64,000 nucleotides of DNA from Steroidobacteraceae bacterium (GTDB taxonomy: Bacteria > Pseudomonadota > Gammaproteobacteria > Steroidobacterales > Steroidobacteraceae): the NCBI GenBank assembly GCA_039929265.1, contig JBDSRN010000067.1, positions 1,033 through 65,032 of the forward strand, written 5' to 3'. Every line of letters starts with the position of its first letter. Position 1 is the first letter of the stretch. The position numbers and the translations under genes were made by a program. Shown here piece after piece: positions 18,492-30,236 of the stretch. The notes below the pieces were generated by a model that was not told the DNA's origin, did not search any database, and was given only the letters and a program-made list of their open reading frames with translations.

Positions 18492-19312
18492 TGTTGCTGC
18501 GCTTGCTCGTGTTGCTGCTGTTCGGGGCCGTACTCGCACGCGCGGACACCGACCTGCCTTCGCGCGCGGCATCTGGCCCGCAGAAATTCACCGACCTGTC
18601 GCAGTTCACTTTTGCGCGCGGCAGCTACGACAGCGAGGGTGGCATGGGCGAGGCGTACTACGCCTACGACGGTCGCGTATGGGCGCGCTGGGAAACGGAT
18701 TATCCTGAGGCCGATCAGAATTTCGCGCGTCGACTCTCACAGCTCACGCGGATCAACACGAATCCGGTCGCAGCGCATCGACCCTTCAGTGCGCCGGACA
18801 TCGGCGATTTTCCGCTGCTGTATGTCGCCGATCCGGGCTGGATGCGACTCACGCACGAAGAGGAAGCGGGCCTCGCACGCTATCTCGCCAACGGCGGGTT
18901 TCTCTGGGTCGACGACTTCTGGGGTGACGCCGAGTTCGAGCAGTTCGCGGATGCGATGCGCGCGGTGCTGCCGAAAATTCAATGGCGCGCGTTGCCCGTC
19001 GCGCATCCGATTTTCCACACGGTGTTCGACATGCAGACCATGCCGCAGATTCCCGCGTTGACGTTCGCGATGCGCACCGGCGCGACGGCGGAGCCGCCGC
19101 GCGCGCACAAGTATCCGGCCGGATCCACCAACGTCGCGCAGATGCGCGCCTGGGCGGATGAGTCCGGTCGCGTGATGGTCGTGGCCACGCACAACACGGA
19201 TCTGGGCGATGGTTTCGAGCGCGAAGCCTACGGAGAGTGGTACTTCGAGACCTTCTCCACCAAGGCCTACATGCTCGGCGTGAACATAGTCGCCTACGCC
19301 ATGATGCACTGA
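18491..19312 (+). CDS. DUF4159 domain protein (GATase1-like fold), secreted
   Basis: Signal peptide MLLRLLVLLLFGAVLARA, followed by …YPEADQNFARRLSQLT…FPLLYVADPGWMRLTHEEEAGLARYLANGGFLWVDDFWG…, which is typical of DUF4159. The ATG overlaps the upstream TGA by 1 nt. Confidence 0.75.
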   Translation: MLLRLLVLLLFGAVLARADTDLPSRAASGPQKFTDLSQFTFARGSYDSEGGMGEAYYAYDGRVWARWETDYPEADQNFARRLSQLTRINTNPVAAHRPFSAPDIGDFPLLYVADPGWMRLTHEEEAGLARYLANGGFLWVDDFWGDAEFEQFADAMRAVLPKIQWRALPVAHPIFHTVFDMQTMPQIPALTFAMRTGATAEPPRAHKYPAGSTNVAQMRAWADESGRVMVVATHNTDLGDGFEREAYGEWYFETFSTKAYMLGVNIVAYAMMH

Positions 19313-19343
19313 GCTGCGCCGATTCCCAAAGGCTGCGACGGAG

Positions 19344-21455
19344 TCAGCCGGGCAGGCGCGATAGGTCCGCGATCCTCACGAACAGTTTGCGCAGTCGTTC
19401 CAAGAGTGCGAGGCGATTGGCGCGCAGGGCCGGATCCTCGTCCATCACCATCACGCCATCGAAGAACGCGTCCACCGCAGGCCTGAGGCGCGCGAGCTGA
19501 GCCAGCGCCGAGGCGTATTCCCCCCGCGCCACTGCCGGCGAAACCGCGGCATCGGCAGCCAGCAGGCCGTCGTACAGGTCACGTTCCTGCATCAGGCGCA
19601 ACAGCTCCGGCTGCAGTTGGTTCGCGCTGGTCTCGCCACCCGCGGATTTGCGCAGTAGATTGGCGATGCGCTTGTTCGCTGCGGTGAGGCTCGCGGCCTC
19701 GGGCAGCTGCAGGAAGCCGAGCAGTGCACGCAGGCGCGCATCGAAATCCAGCGGCGAGCGGGGCTGCGTCGCAAGCACCGCGTCGAAGATCTCCGGCGTT
19801 ACGCCAAGCGCCGCATTCTCCTGATACATCGCGCGCAGACGCTCCATGACATAGCCTTGGATCTCCGCGATCAGCCTTGGGGCACGCTCCAGCCCGGCAG
19901 CATCCAGTGGCTGCGCGAGCACCGCCTTTTCGATCAGCGCATTGAGATCGAGCGACAAGCGCTGCTGCAGGATTATGCGCAGCACGCCGATGGTCGCGCG
20001 ACGCAGACCGAACGGGTCCCGCGCGCCACTAGGCTTCAGGTCGATCGAGAAAATTCCGGCGAGCGTATCGAGCTTGTCCGCGATCGCCACGGCCATGCCG
20101 ACAGGTGTTGCGGGCAGCGCGTCGCCGGCGCCGCGTGGCAGATAGTGCTCGCGGATCGCGCGGACGACTTCATCCGCTTCGCCGTCTGCTTTCGCATGGT
20201 ACGCACCCATCACGCCTTGCAGCTCGGGGAACTCGCCGACCAGCGAGCTCACGAGATCGCATTTGGCAAGCTGCGCCGCGCGCTGCGCGAGCAGTGCGTC
20301 CGCACCGATCGCTTCGGCCACTGCAACGCTCAACGCCTCGACGCGCCGAACCTTGGCGCCGATGGACCCGAGCTTCGCCTGGAACGTCACTGCGTCAAGC
20401 AGCGGCAGTCCCGCAGCCAGCGGTGTGCGCCGGTCAAGCTCCCAGAAGAACGCGGCATCGGACAGCCGCGGCCCCACCACTCGCTCGTTGCCCGCGCGCA
20501 CGAGCTCGGGAGCGCTGCTCTCGATGTTGCTCACCGTGATGAACCACGGCAGCAGATTGCCGTCGCTGCCCTCGACGGGGAAATACCGTTGATGTTCCTG
20601 CAGCGTCGCGATCAGCACTTCGCGCGGCAATTCGAGGAACCGCGCCTCGAACTGTCCAGCTAAGGGCACCGGCCATTCGACCAACGCAGTCACCTCTTCC
20701 AGCAGCGCCGGGGTGATGAGCGCACGGCCGTGCAACTGCGTAGCGAGCGCCTCGACGCCCACGCGGATGCGTTCGCTGCGTGCCGTGAAATCCACCAGCA
20801 CCTTGCCCCGCTTCTCGAGCGTACTGACGTAGCTCGCGGGTGATGCGACGCGCAGCGCCCTCGGCGTCATGAAGCGATGACCGTGCGTACGATCGCCTGA
20901 GGCGATGCCAAGGATGCTCGTCGCGATCACTTCGCGCCCGAGCAGCAGCAGTACCCAGTGCACCGGCCGAACGAACTGCGCCTCGCCGCTGCCCCAGCGC
21001 ATGCGCTTGGGCACGGGCAGCGAATCCAGCGAGGCGCGCACCATGTCCGGCAGCAGCGCTGCGGTGTCCGATCCTGCCTTTACACCGGTGTAGCTGAGAT
21101 ATTCGATCTCGCCTTTCTTCGCATCCTGCGCCTTCTCGCGCCCGAGCGCTGCGACCGCGACGCCGCACCCCTGCGCAAAATTCTCACCGGCGCGGGTCGC
21201 CGCGCCAGCCGCGTCGATCGCGACGCTCACTGGCGGGCCACGACGCGTGACGCACTGATCCGCCTGTCGCGTCGCGAGCTTCTTCACGCGCACTGCGAGC
21301 CGGCGCGGAGTCGCGAACGACTCGAGCAATCCGTGCTGCAGATTCGCCTCGGCGAGCCGCGTGCGGATGCCTTCGGCGAACGCGAGCTCGAGGCCGCGCA
21401 GCGCTTTGGGTGGCAGTTCTTCGGTGCCGATCTCGATCAGCAGATCGGCAGTCAT
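19344..21455 (-). CDS. glyS: glycine--tRNA ligase beta subunit
   Basis: [19 protein letters not shown]… is the canonical GlyS N-terminus. The protein is 703 aa and the gene overlaps glyQ by 4 nt. Confidence 0.95.
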   Translation of the reverse strand: MTADLLIEIGTEELPPKALRGLELAFAEGIRTRLAEANLQHGLLESFATPRRLAVRVKKLATRQADQCVTRRGPPVSVAIDAAGAATRAGENFAQGCGVAVAALGREKAQDAKKGEIEYLSYTGVKAGSDTAALLPDMVRASLDSLPVPKRMRWGSGEAQFVRPVHWVLLLLGREVIATSILGIASGDRTHGHRFMTPRALRVASPASYVSTLEKRGKVLVDFTARSERIRVGVEALATQLHGRALITPALLEEVTALVEWPVPLAGQFEARFLELPREVLIATLQEHQRYFPVEGSDGNLLPWFITVSNIESSAPELVRAGNERVVGPRLSDAAFFWELDRRTPLAAGLPLLDAVTFQAKLGSIGAKVRRVEALSVAVAEAIGADALLAQRAAQLAKCDLVSSLVGEFPELQGVMGAYHAKADGEADEVVRAIREHYLPRGAGDALPATPVGMAVAIADKLDTLAGIFSIDLKPSGARDPFGLRRATIGVLRIILQQRLSLDLNALIEKAVLAQPLDAAGLERAPRLIAEIQGYVMERLRAMYQENAALGVTPEIFDAVLATQPRSPLDFDARLRALLGFLQLPEAASLTAANKRIANLLRKSAGGETSANQLQPELLRLMQERDLYDGLLAADAAVSPAVARGEYASALAQLARLRPAVDAFFDGVMVMDEDPALRANRLALLERLRKLFVRIADLSRLPG

Positions 21456-22381
21456 GACTTCACCGGCATCGGCCTGCCAAGCATCGGAAAACCGAGCGCT
21501 TCGCGACTGGCGAAGTAGCTCTGCGCCACCGCGCGCGCCAGCGTGCGCACGCGCAGGATGTAGCGTTGACGCTCGGTGACCGAAATCGCCTTGCGCGCAT
21601 CCAGCAGGTTGAACGTGTGCGAGGCCTTGAGTACCTGCTCATAGGCCGGCAACGTCAGCTGCGCCTCGAGCAGCGCCTTGCAGGCGAACTCGTGTTCATC
21701 GAAGTGTCGCAGCAGCACGGCAATATCGGCGTGCTCGAAGTTGTACGCCGACATCTCCACTTCATTCTGGTGATAGACATCGCGATACGTCACCCGCCCG
21801 AGCGGACCATCCGTCCACACGATATCGAACACGCTCTCCACGCCCTGCAGGTACATGGCGAGGCGCTCGAGCCCGTAGGTGATCTCGCCCGTGACCGGCC
21901 GGCAGTCGAGCCCGCCCACCTGCTGGAAGTAGGTGAACTGCGATACTTCCATGCCGTTGAGCCACACCTCCCAGCCGAGGCCCCAGGCGCCGAGCGTCGG
22001 GGATTCCCAGTTGTCCTCGACGAAGCGCAGATCGTGCACCTTCGGATCGATGCCCAGCATGCGCAGGCTGTCTACGTACAGCTCCTGGATGTCCAGCGGC
22101 GAGGGTTTGATCGCCACCTGGAACTGGTAGTAGTGCTGCAGACGAAAGGGATTGTCGCCATAGCGCCCGTCGGTCGGGCGACGCGAGGGTTGCACGTAGG
22201 CGGCGCTCCAAGGCTCGGGCCCAATCGAGCGCAGGAAGGTTGCCGTGTGAAAGGTGCCGGCACCCACTTCCATGTCGTAGGGCTGCAGCAGGGCGCAGCC
22301 CTGGCTTGCCCAATAGCGCTGCAGTGCGAGGATCAGGTCCTGGAAGGTGCGTGGCGCTGCGCCGATTTTCTGTGTGGGCAT
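21452..22381 (-). CDS. glyQ: glycine--tRNA ligase alpha subunit
   Basis: [45 protein letters not shown]…. I chose the internal ATG at 22381, since the track extension to 22441 is not GlyQ-like. Confidence 0.95.
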   Translation of the reverse strand: MPTQKIGAAPRTFQDLILALQRYWASQGCALLQPYDMEVGAGTFHTATFLRSIGPEPWSAAYVQPSRRPTDGRYGDNPFRLQHYYQFQVAIKPSPLDIQELYVDSLRMLGIDPKVHDLRFVEDNWESPTLGAWGLGWEVWLNGMEVSQFTYFQQVGGLDCRPVTGEITYGLERLAMYLQGVESVFDIVWTDGPLGRVTYRDVYHQNEVEMSAYNFEHADIAVLLRHFDEHEFACKALLEAQLTLPAYEQVLKASHTFNLLDARKAISVTERQRYILRVRTLARAVAQSYFASREALGFPMLGRPMPVKS

Positions 22382-22450
22382 GGAGACTTGCGCGCGTTGA
22401 GCGATCAGGAAGCGTCGCAGTATAGCCGCTGGGCTTCGCAAAAATCGTGA

Positions 22451-22467
22451 CGCACCATGGTGATGCG
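22451..22467. promoter_or_regulatory. candidate NtrC enhancer site upstream of glnA
   Basis: CGCACC-ATGGT-GATGCG compared with the consensus TGCACC-N5-GGTGCA (5/6 and 4/6 matches). It lies about 100 nt upstream of the sigma-54 promoter. Confidence 0.35.
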
Positions 22468-22557
22468 TGCCGCAAAGGCCCGCCCTATACTGGTGCGGCG
22501 AGCAGGTTAGCCTGCCACTTTTCGACCAACCATCCCCTGTCTGCGCGCATCAGGCCT

Positions 22558-22574
22558 TGGCATGAGGCCTGCAT
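22558..22574 (+). promoter_or_regulatory. sigma-54 (-24/-12) promoter of glnA
   Basis: TGGCATGAGGCCTGCAT compared with the consensus TGGCACG-N4-TTGCW. The GG and GC elements are correctly spaced. It sits 42 nt upstream of the glnA ATG, and ntrBC are encoded downstream. Confidence 0.6.
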
Positions 22575-22615
22575 CGTCCCACGGCCGGCGCACCCATTCA
22601 TTAAGCGGAGGAGCT

Positions 22616-24028
22616 ATGACGACACCGAGCGACGTGATGAAGCTGATCAAGGAAAAGGAGGTCAAGTACATCGACTTCCGGTTCTGCGATACGCGCGGCA
22701 AAGAGCACCACGTCAGCGTGCCGTACCACCAGATCACGGAAGACATCTTCACCGAAGGCAAGATGTTCGACGGTTCCTCGATCGCTGGCTGGAAGGGCAT
22801 CAACGAGTCGGACATGATCCTGCTGCCGGATGCGAGTACGGCTGTTCTTGATCCGTTCTTCGAAGAAACAACGCTCAACCTGCGTTGCACGATTATCGAG
22901 CCAGCCACGATGCAGGGCTACGAGCGCTGCCCGCGCTCGCTCGCGCTGCGCGCCGAGGCCTACCTCAAGTCCACCGGCATTGCCGATGGCGCCCTGTTCG
23001 GTCCCGAGAACGAGTTCTTCATCTTCGACGACGTGAGGTGGAACCTCGCGATGAACGGCTGTTCGTACAAGGTCGACTCGTACGAAGGCGCATGGAATTC
23101 GAGCCAGGACTATCCGGACCTGAACAAGGGTCACCGTCCCGGCATCAAGGGTGGCTACTTCCCGGTTCCTCCGGTTGATGCGCTGCAGGACATTCGCTCG
23201 GCAATGTGCAACGCGCTCACCGAGATGGGTCTCGTGGTCGAAGTGCATCACCATGAAGTGGCGACGGCAGGCCAGTGCGAAATTGGTGTTGGCGCCGGCT
23301 CGCTCACCAAGAAGGCCGATGAGGTCCTGATCCTCAAGTACGCGATCGCACAGGTCGCGCACAGTTACGGCAAGACGGTCACCTTCATGCCGAAGCCGAT
23401 CGTCGGCGACAACGGATCGGGAATGCACGTGCATCAGTCGTTGCAGAAGGACGGCAAGGCCCTGTTCGCGGGCGACAAGTACGGCGGTCTGTCCGAGACG
23501 GCGCTGTACTACATCGGCGGCATCATCAAGCACGCCAAGGCGATCAACGCGTTCACGAACCCGGGCACCAACAGCTACAAGCGCCTGGTCCCTGGCTTCG
23601 AGGCACCGGTGATGCTGGCGTACTCCGCCCGCAACCGTTCGGCGTCGATCCGCATCCCGTGGGTCTCGAACCCGAAGGCGCGTCGCATCGAAGTGCGCTT
23701 CCCGGATTCGAGCGCGAATCCGTACCTGGCGTTCTCCGCGATGATGCTGGCCGGCCTCGATGGCATCCAGAACAAGATCCACCCGGGGGAGCCGGGCGAC
23801 AAGGATCTGTACGACCTGGAGCCCGAGGAAGAGAAGCTGATCCCGCAGGTCTGCCATTCGCTCGACATGGCGCTCGAGCACCTGGACAAGGATCGCAGCT
23901 TCCTGAAGGTCGGCGGCGTGTTCACCGATGACGTCATTGACTCGTACATCAAGTTGAAGATGGACGAAGTGACCAAGCTGCGCATGACGACCCATCCGGC
24001 CGAGTTGGAGCTGTATTACAGCTTGTGA
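22616..24028 (+). CDS. glnA: glutamine synthetase type I
   Basis: [32 protein letters not shown]… with GGAGG 6 nt upstream. The protein is 470 aa and GSI motifs occur throughout. Confidence 0.95.
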   Translation: MTTPSDVMKLIKEKEVKYIDFRFCDTRGKEHHVSVPYHQITEDIFTEGKMFDGSSIAGWKGINESDMILLPDASTAVLDPFFEETTLNLRCTIIEPATMQGYERCPRSLALRAEAYLKSTGIADGALFGPENEFFIFDDVRWNLAMNGCSYKVDSYEGAWNSSQDYPDLNKGHRPGIKGGYFPVPPVDALQDIRSAMCNALTEMGLVVEVHHHEVATAGQCEIGVGAGSLTKKADEVLILKYAIAQVAHSYGKTVTFMPKPIVGDNGSGMHVHQSLQKDGKALFAGDKYGGLSETALYYIGGIIKHAKAINAFTNPGTNSYKRLVPGFEAPVMLAYSARNRSASIRIPWVSNPKARRIEVRFPDSSANPYLAFSAMMLAGLDGIQNKIHPGEPGDKDLYDLEPEEEKLIPQVCHSLDMALEHLDKDRSFLKVGGVFTDDVIDSYIKLKMDEVTKLRMTTHPAELELYYSL

Positions 24029-24052
24029 GGCGTTTCATAGCCGCAAAACGGG

Positions 24053-24095
24053 GGCGGGTGGCGGCACAGCCGTGCGGCCACCCGCCTTTTGTTTT
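24053..24095 (+). terminator. rho-independent terminator after glnA
   Basis: A GGCGGGTGGC…GCCACCCGCC 10-bp GC stem with an inner GCAC/GTGC pairing, followed by TTTTGTTTT. Confidence 0.7.
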
Positions 24096-24126
24096 CGGCA
24101 TGGAATTGAGGCTATGCTGACGCTAG

Positions 24127-24663
24127 ATGCACAGACTGGTTTCCGTCCAGACGGGGTTCGTCGCAATGCTGCTGCTCAGCAGCGTCTGCGTGGCGGCCAC
24201 CTATCGCTGGGTCGACAAGGATGGCGTCGTGCACTACTCGGATCGTCCGGTCGCCGGTGCACAGGAAGTGCAGCTGCGCAGTGCGCCGATGCCCGGGACC
24301 GTGGTGCCGACACCCATTGCACCCGCCGCGTCTGCCGACACACCCTCGGAGTTCCGCTACTCGCAATGCGCGGTGACGACGCCGATGGTCGATCAGGTCT
24401 ACAACAATGTGAATTCGGTGGGCGTCTCGGTGAACCTGTCACCGGGTCTGCGCGAGGGCGATCGCATCGAGGTGCAACTCGACGGTGTGCCCGTGACCGC
24501 GTGGCCAGCTACATCCACAAGTTATTTCCTGAACAATGTGTTTCGCGGCTCGCATGGCATCGTCGCTGTGGTGCGCGATTCGACCGGGCGCGCGCTATGC
24601 ACCAGCCCCGTGATCAATTTCCACGTGACGCAACCCTCGGTGCTCGCTCCCGCACGCGGCTGA
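24127..24663 (+). CDS. DUF4124 domain secreted protein
   Basis: Signal peptide followed by YRWVDKDGVVHYSDRP, the DUF4124 signature. Confidence 0.7.
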   Translation: MHRLVSVQTGFVAMLLLSSVCVAATYRWVDKDGVVHYSDRPVAGAQEVQLRSAPMPGTVVPTPIAPAASADTPSEFRYSQCAVTTPMVDQVYNNVNSVGVSVNLSPGLREGDRIEVQLDGVPVTAWPATSTSYFLNNVFRGSHGIVAVVRDSTGRALCTSPVINFHVTQPSVLAPARG

Positions 24664-24705
24664 TCGCTGGCACGGCGACCTTGGCTCGATGGGGCGGGGT
24701 GTCGC

Positions 24706-25805
24706 ATGGCAGTTGAACAGTATTTCACCTCGGCGCTGTCCCACATCGATCCGACGGATCTGCTCGATGCGCTGTCCACGGGCATCCTGCTGCTCGATTC
24801 GCAACTGTGCGTCATCTACGCGAACGCTGGGGCGCAGGAATTGCTCGCGGTCAGTCTGAACCAGGCGCGCGGCAGGCCGATCAACGAACTGTTCTACGGT
24901 GCGCAGCAGCTCGTGGCAACGCTGCGGCGCGCGCTCGAGCGCAACGAGGCGTGTGCCGAGCACGAGCTCGCGCTCAAGCCCAATGGCTCGCCCTCGCCGC
25001 GTGAACCGCAGGTGCTGGATCTCATCGTCACGCCGCTCGAGGGCCAGGTGACCGGCACGCATCTTCTGCTCGAGATCTCGGATGCGAAGCAGCGACAGCG
25101 CATTTCACGCGAGAACGAACTGCTGTCGCGCCTCGATGGCAGCCGGCTCATGATTCGGCAGCTCGCGCACGAGATAAAGAATCCGCTCGGCGGATTGCGC
25201 GGCGCTGCGCAACTGCTCGATCGCGAGCTGGACGATGGCCGGCGCGAATACACCGCGGTGATCATCAGTGAGGCGGATCGCCTCACTGCGCTGGTGGATT
25301 CGATGATCGGTCCGAGTCGCCCGCCGAAGATGGCGCCAGCGAACATCCACGAACTGTGCGAGCACGTGTTCCACCTGCTGCGCGCGGAAGCGCTGCCGGG
25401 CGTGCTGATCGAGCGCGACTACGACCCGAGCCTGCCGACCAGCCTGATGGATCGCAACCAGGTGATTCAGGCGCTGCTCAATGTCGCCCGCAATGCGATG
25501 CAGGCGGTAGGCGAGCGCGGTCGCATCGTCCTGCGCACCCGTGCGCAGTCGAACGTGAGCATCGGCTCCGTTCGGCACAAGCTGGTCGCCAACGTGCAGG
25601 TCGAAGACAACGGCCCGGGCGTGCCACCCGCGTTGTTGAAGACATTGTTCTATCCGCTGGTAACGGGACGTCCAACCGGTACCGGTACCGGTCTCGGACT
25701 AGCCGTCGCGCAGGATCTGATCACGCGTCACGCCGGCATAGTCGAATTTGAAAGTGAACCGGGCCGCACGGTGTTTTCACTGCTGCTACCCCTGGAGGCC
25801 ACAGA

Positions 25806-25809
<4 letters not shown>
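24706..25809 (+). CDS. glnL: nitrogen regulation sensor histidine kinase NtrB
   Basis: PAS-like N-terminus, H-box HEIKNPLGGLRGAAQLL, and N/G boxes (NVARNAMQA, GTGTGLGLAV). The stop overlaps ntrC by 4 nt. Confidence 0.9.
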
Positions 25810-27215
<1,406 letters not shown>

Positions 27216-27231
27216 TTGATAATCGGCGCCT

Positions 27232-28317
27232 ATGGCCGACCTTCTCGAAGTCCTCGACTACCAGTTCCTGAACAACAGCCTCCTGAAATGGGGGTTCGCG
27301 GCGCTGGTATTCCTGTTCACCTTTACGGTGCTACCCATCCTGCGAGGCTGGGTCGGCGCGCGCCGCGCGAAATGGCTGGCGCGTTCCACCACGCACCCGC
27401 CCACGCCCGCGCTCGAGCTGCTCGCGTTGCTGATCGCTCGCACGAGCAAGATCGTGCTGATCATCCTCGCGCTGTATTTCGCCGAGAAGATCCTCGTGCT
27501 GCCGCCGAAGGTCGACACGCTGTTCGACGTCGTCATTGTAGTGGGCGTGTGGCTGCAGGTCGGACTGTGGGCGACGGCGACGCTGCGCTTCTTCCTCATG
27601 CGTCATCAGAGCAAGGGTGGCACGCACGACGGCGCCGCGGAGACCTCGGTCGCGATCCTGATGTTCGGCGCGCAGGTAATCATCTGGGCGTTGCTGATCC
27701 TGCTGGCGCTCGACAATCTCGGCGTAAACATCACGGCGCTGGTGGCTGGGCTCGGCATCGGCGGTGTCGCGGTGGCGCTCGCGGTGCAGGCGGTGCTGAG
27801 CGATCTGTTCGCTTCGCTGTCGATCGCGTTCGACAAACCGTTTGTCGTTGGCGAGAGGCTGAAGATTGACGAGTTCGAGGGTGCGGTAGAGCACATCGGC
27901 CTCAAGAGCACGCGCCTGCGCAGTATCACTGGCGAGCAGATCATCATCTCGAATGCCGATGTGCTGAAGAGCCGAGTGCGCAACATGGGCCGCATGCCGG
28001 AGCGGCGCCTGCAGTTCAAGCTCGCGTTCCCATACGACACGCCGCCGGAGAAATTCGACCTGATCGAAAAAGTGATCCGCGCCGCGGTGACCTCACAGCA
28101 GAACACACGCTTCGTGCAATGCATCCTCACGAACCTCGGGCCTTACGGACCGGAGTTCGAGACGATCTGGTTCGTCGCGAATCGCGTGGGCGACGTCGGC
28201 AATGCGATCGTCGATGCGGTGAACCGTACAATCGTGAAGGAACTCGCTCTCGCGGGTCTCACACCCGCCGCGCCCACGCAGCGCATCACGATGTTGCGCG
28301 AGAATCCGGCGCCATGA
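27232..28317 (+). CDS. mechanosensitive ion channel (MscS) family protein
   Basis: Multiple TM helices, then the conserved MscS beta-domain (…FDKPFVVGERLKIDEFEGAVEHIGLKSTRLRSITGEQIIISNADV…). Confidence 0.8.
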   Translation: MADLLEVLDYQFLNNSLLKWGFAALVFLFTFTVLPILRGWVGARRAKWLARSTTHPPTPALELLALLIARTSKIVLIILALYFAEKILVLPPKVDTLFDVVIVVGVWLQVGLWATATLRFFLMRHQSKGGTHDGAAETSVAILMFGAQVIIWALLILLALDNLGVNITALVAGLGIGGVAVALAVQAVLSDLFASLSIAFDKPFVVGERLKIDEFEGAVEHIGLKSTRLRSITGEQIIISNADVLKSRVRNMGRMPERRLQFKLAFPYDTPPEKFDLIEKVIRAAVTSQQNTRFVQCILTNLGPYGPEFETIWFVANRVGDVGNAIVDAVNRTIVKELALAGLTPAAPTQRITMLRENPAP

Positions 28318-28386
28318 ACCACTACGTTCTGAGGTGTGAATTAGGCGAGGACCATCTGGTCCGGCGCGCGCTGAATCCGGTCGGCT

Positions 28387-29478
28387 CTAACTGCGCAGAT
28401 CGCGCACCGATGCGCCGAGCCGCTGCACGCCATCATCGATCTGCGCCGGCGTGAGCGCGCAGAACGGCAGACGCAGGAACCGCTCGCCGCCGCTTTCCGG
28501 AAAAAACGCGAGACCATCCGCGAGATTCAGATTGCGCTTCGCGGCCGCCGTGCGCACCGCCGTGGTCGAGCTGCCTTCGGGCAGCGTGATCGACAGAAAG
28601 AATCCGCCATCCGGACGCGTCGCCGTCGCATCGGGCATGTACTTGTCGATCGCATCGAGGCAGGCCTGCAAGCGCGGTGCGTACAGCGCCTTCAGCTTCT
28701 CGATCTGCAGTCCGAGATTGCCGCGACGGCACCATTCGTATGTCACGCCATGCGCGAAGTAGCCGGGTGAGATGTAAGTGTCTTCCGCGATCTTGGCGAC
28801 CTTCGTCAGGATCGCCGGATCGCCGAGCATCATGCCGACGCGCACGCCGGGGGCGATCAGCTTGGTGAAAGAGGTCATGTGCAACACCCGCGCGGGCGCG
28901 AGATCGAACAGGCTGGGCAGCTGCCTGCCGCGGTAACGCAGCAGGCGATACGGTGCGTCTTCGAGCAACAGGAAGTTGTAGCGCGCGGCGAGCTCGACGA
29001 GTTTCCTGCGCTTCTCGAGCGAGCAGGTAGCGCCGGAGGGATTCTGGAAATCCGGGATCACGTAGAAGAATTTCGGTACCGATACCTTGAGCGCGGCTTC
29101 GAGTGCGTCAATGTCCGGGCCGTCGGCTTGCAGCGCGATGCCCTTCACCACGGCGCCGTGCCGTCGCAGCAGCGTGATGGTGCGATCGTAGGTGGGCGAC
29201 TCGGTGAACACCACATCGCCAGGCCTGATCAGGTGTCGCAGCAGGAACTCGACGAGCTCGAGCGAACCGTTGCCGGTGAGCACCTGCTCGATTTTCACTT
29301 TCTGCCATCCCGCGAGCCATTCGCGCAATTGCGCGAGGCCTTGCGCAGGCCCGTACTGCAGGATGGCGGCGCCGTCCTGTGCGAGCACCGCGGTGGCGGC
29401 GGCGGAGAAATCCGCCAGCGGAAAAGACTCGTTGGCGGGCACGCCACGGGTGAAATTGATGACCGGCAGTTCGCTCAA
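28387..29478 (-). CDS. PLP-dependent aminotransferase, class I/II fold
   Basis: …NFTRGVP…QYGPAQGL…ESPTYD…PDFQNPSG…SFTKLIAPGVRVG (PLP-Lys motif SFTK). Confidence 0.8.
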   Translation of the reverse strand: MSELPVINFTRGVPANESFPLADFSAAATAVLAQDGAAILQYGPAQGLAQLREWLAGWQKVKIEQVLTGNGSLELVEFLLRHLIRPGDVVFTESPTYDRTITLLRRHGAVVKGIALQADGPDIDALEAALKVSVPKFFYVIPDFQNPSGATCSLEKRRKLVELAARYNFLLLEDAPYRLLRYRGRQLPSLFDLAPARVLHMTSFTKLIAPGVRVGMMLGDPAILTKVAKIAEDTYISPGYFAHGVTYEWCRRGNLGLQIEKLKALYAPRLQACLDAIDKYMPDATATRPDGGFFLSITLPEGSSTTAVRTAAAKRNLNLADGLAFFPESGGERFLRLPFCALTPAQIDDGVQRLGASVRDLRS

Positions 29479-29540
29479 GTTCTGTTCCTGTCGTATGGGG
29501 CGGGGGCGATTCTACCGGTTCTGCGATCTGGCAGAATCAC

Positions 29541-30236
29541 GTGATGAACGCCATCGAGCTGGAAATGTGCCTGCGGTTGCTGGTCGCGCTCGCGATGGGC
29601 AGCGCCATCGGGCTGGAGCGCAGTTTCCACGAACGGCCCGCGGGTTTCCGCACCCACGCCCTGGTATGCGTGTCGACGGCGTTGCTCATGTTCCTCCCCG
29701 CGTACGAGCCTGCGTGGCTGGCACAGCTCGCCAACGGGCGCCTGGTGCTCGACCCGACGCGCATGGCACAGGGCATCATGACCGGCATCGGCTTTATCGG
29801 CGCCGGCGCCATCATGAAGGACGGGCCATCCGTGCGGGGGCTTACCACCGCAGCCTCCATCTGGATGACCGCGACGATCGGCATCCTGGTCGGCGTCGGC
29901 TTCTTCGTGCCGGCGCTCGCCGCGACCGTCATCACGCTGGGGACGTTGTCGCTGTTCGGTGCGCTGGAGGACCATCTCCCCGTGCGTATCCATCTGGATT
30001 GCGCGTTGCGCTTCGAGGCCGCCACGGCACCGGACGAGGCGGCGCTGCGCGCGCTGTTCGCGCAGCGGGGGTTCGAGGCAGTGTCGCTTGGCTACGAGCG
30101 GTCCGAAGAAGGCGGGTGGTTCGAATACCGCGCCATCGTGCGCACGCTACGCAGGAAGAATGTCGCAACCCTCGCGGCAAGCCTGCGAGCGTTGCCGGAC
30201 GTCAGAGCGTTCCGGATCTCGCCATTGGCAACCTGA
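29541..30236 (+). CDS. MgtC/SapB family membrane protein
   Basis: …LALAMGSAIGLERSFHERPAGFRTH…GIMTGIGFIGAGAI…GLTTAASIW… is typical of MgtC. The start is GTG 29541 or ATG 29544. Confidence 0.8.
   Translation: MMNAIELEMCLRLLVALAMGSAIGLERSFHERPAGFRTHALVCVSTALLMFLPAYEPAWLAQLANGRLVLDPTRMAQGIMTGIGFIGAGAIMKDGPSVRGLTTAASIWMTATIGILVGVGFFVPALAATVITLGTLSLFGALEDHLPVRIHLDCALRFEAATAPDEAALRALFAQRGFEAVSLGYERSEEGGWFEYRAIVRTLRRKNVATLAASLRALPDVRAFRISPLAT

Noticed and set aside
29519-29536. TTCTGC-N6-GCAGAA inverted repeat between the aminotransferase and mgtC genes.
   Set aside because: The arms are only 6 bp and the region does not resemble an M-box or another known leader. This is within chance expectation.
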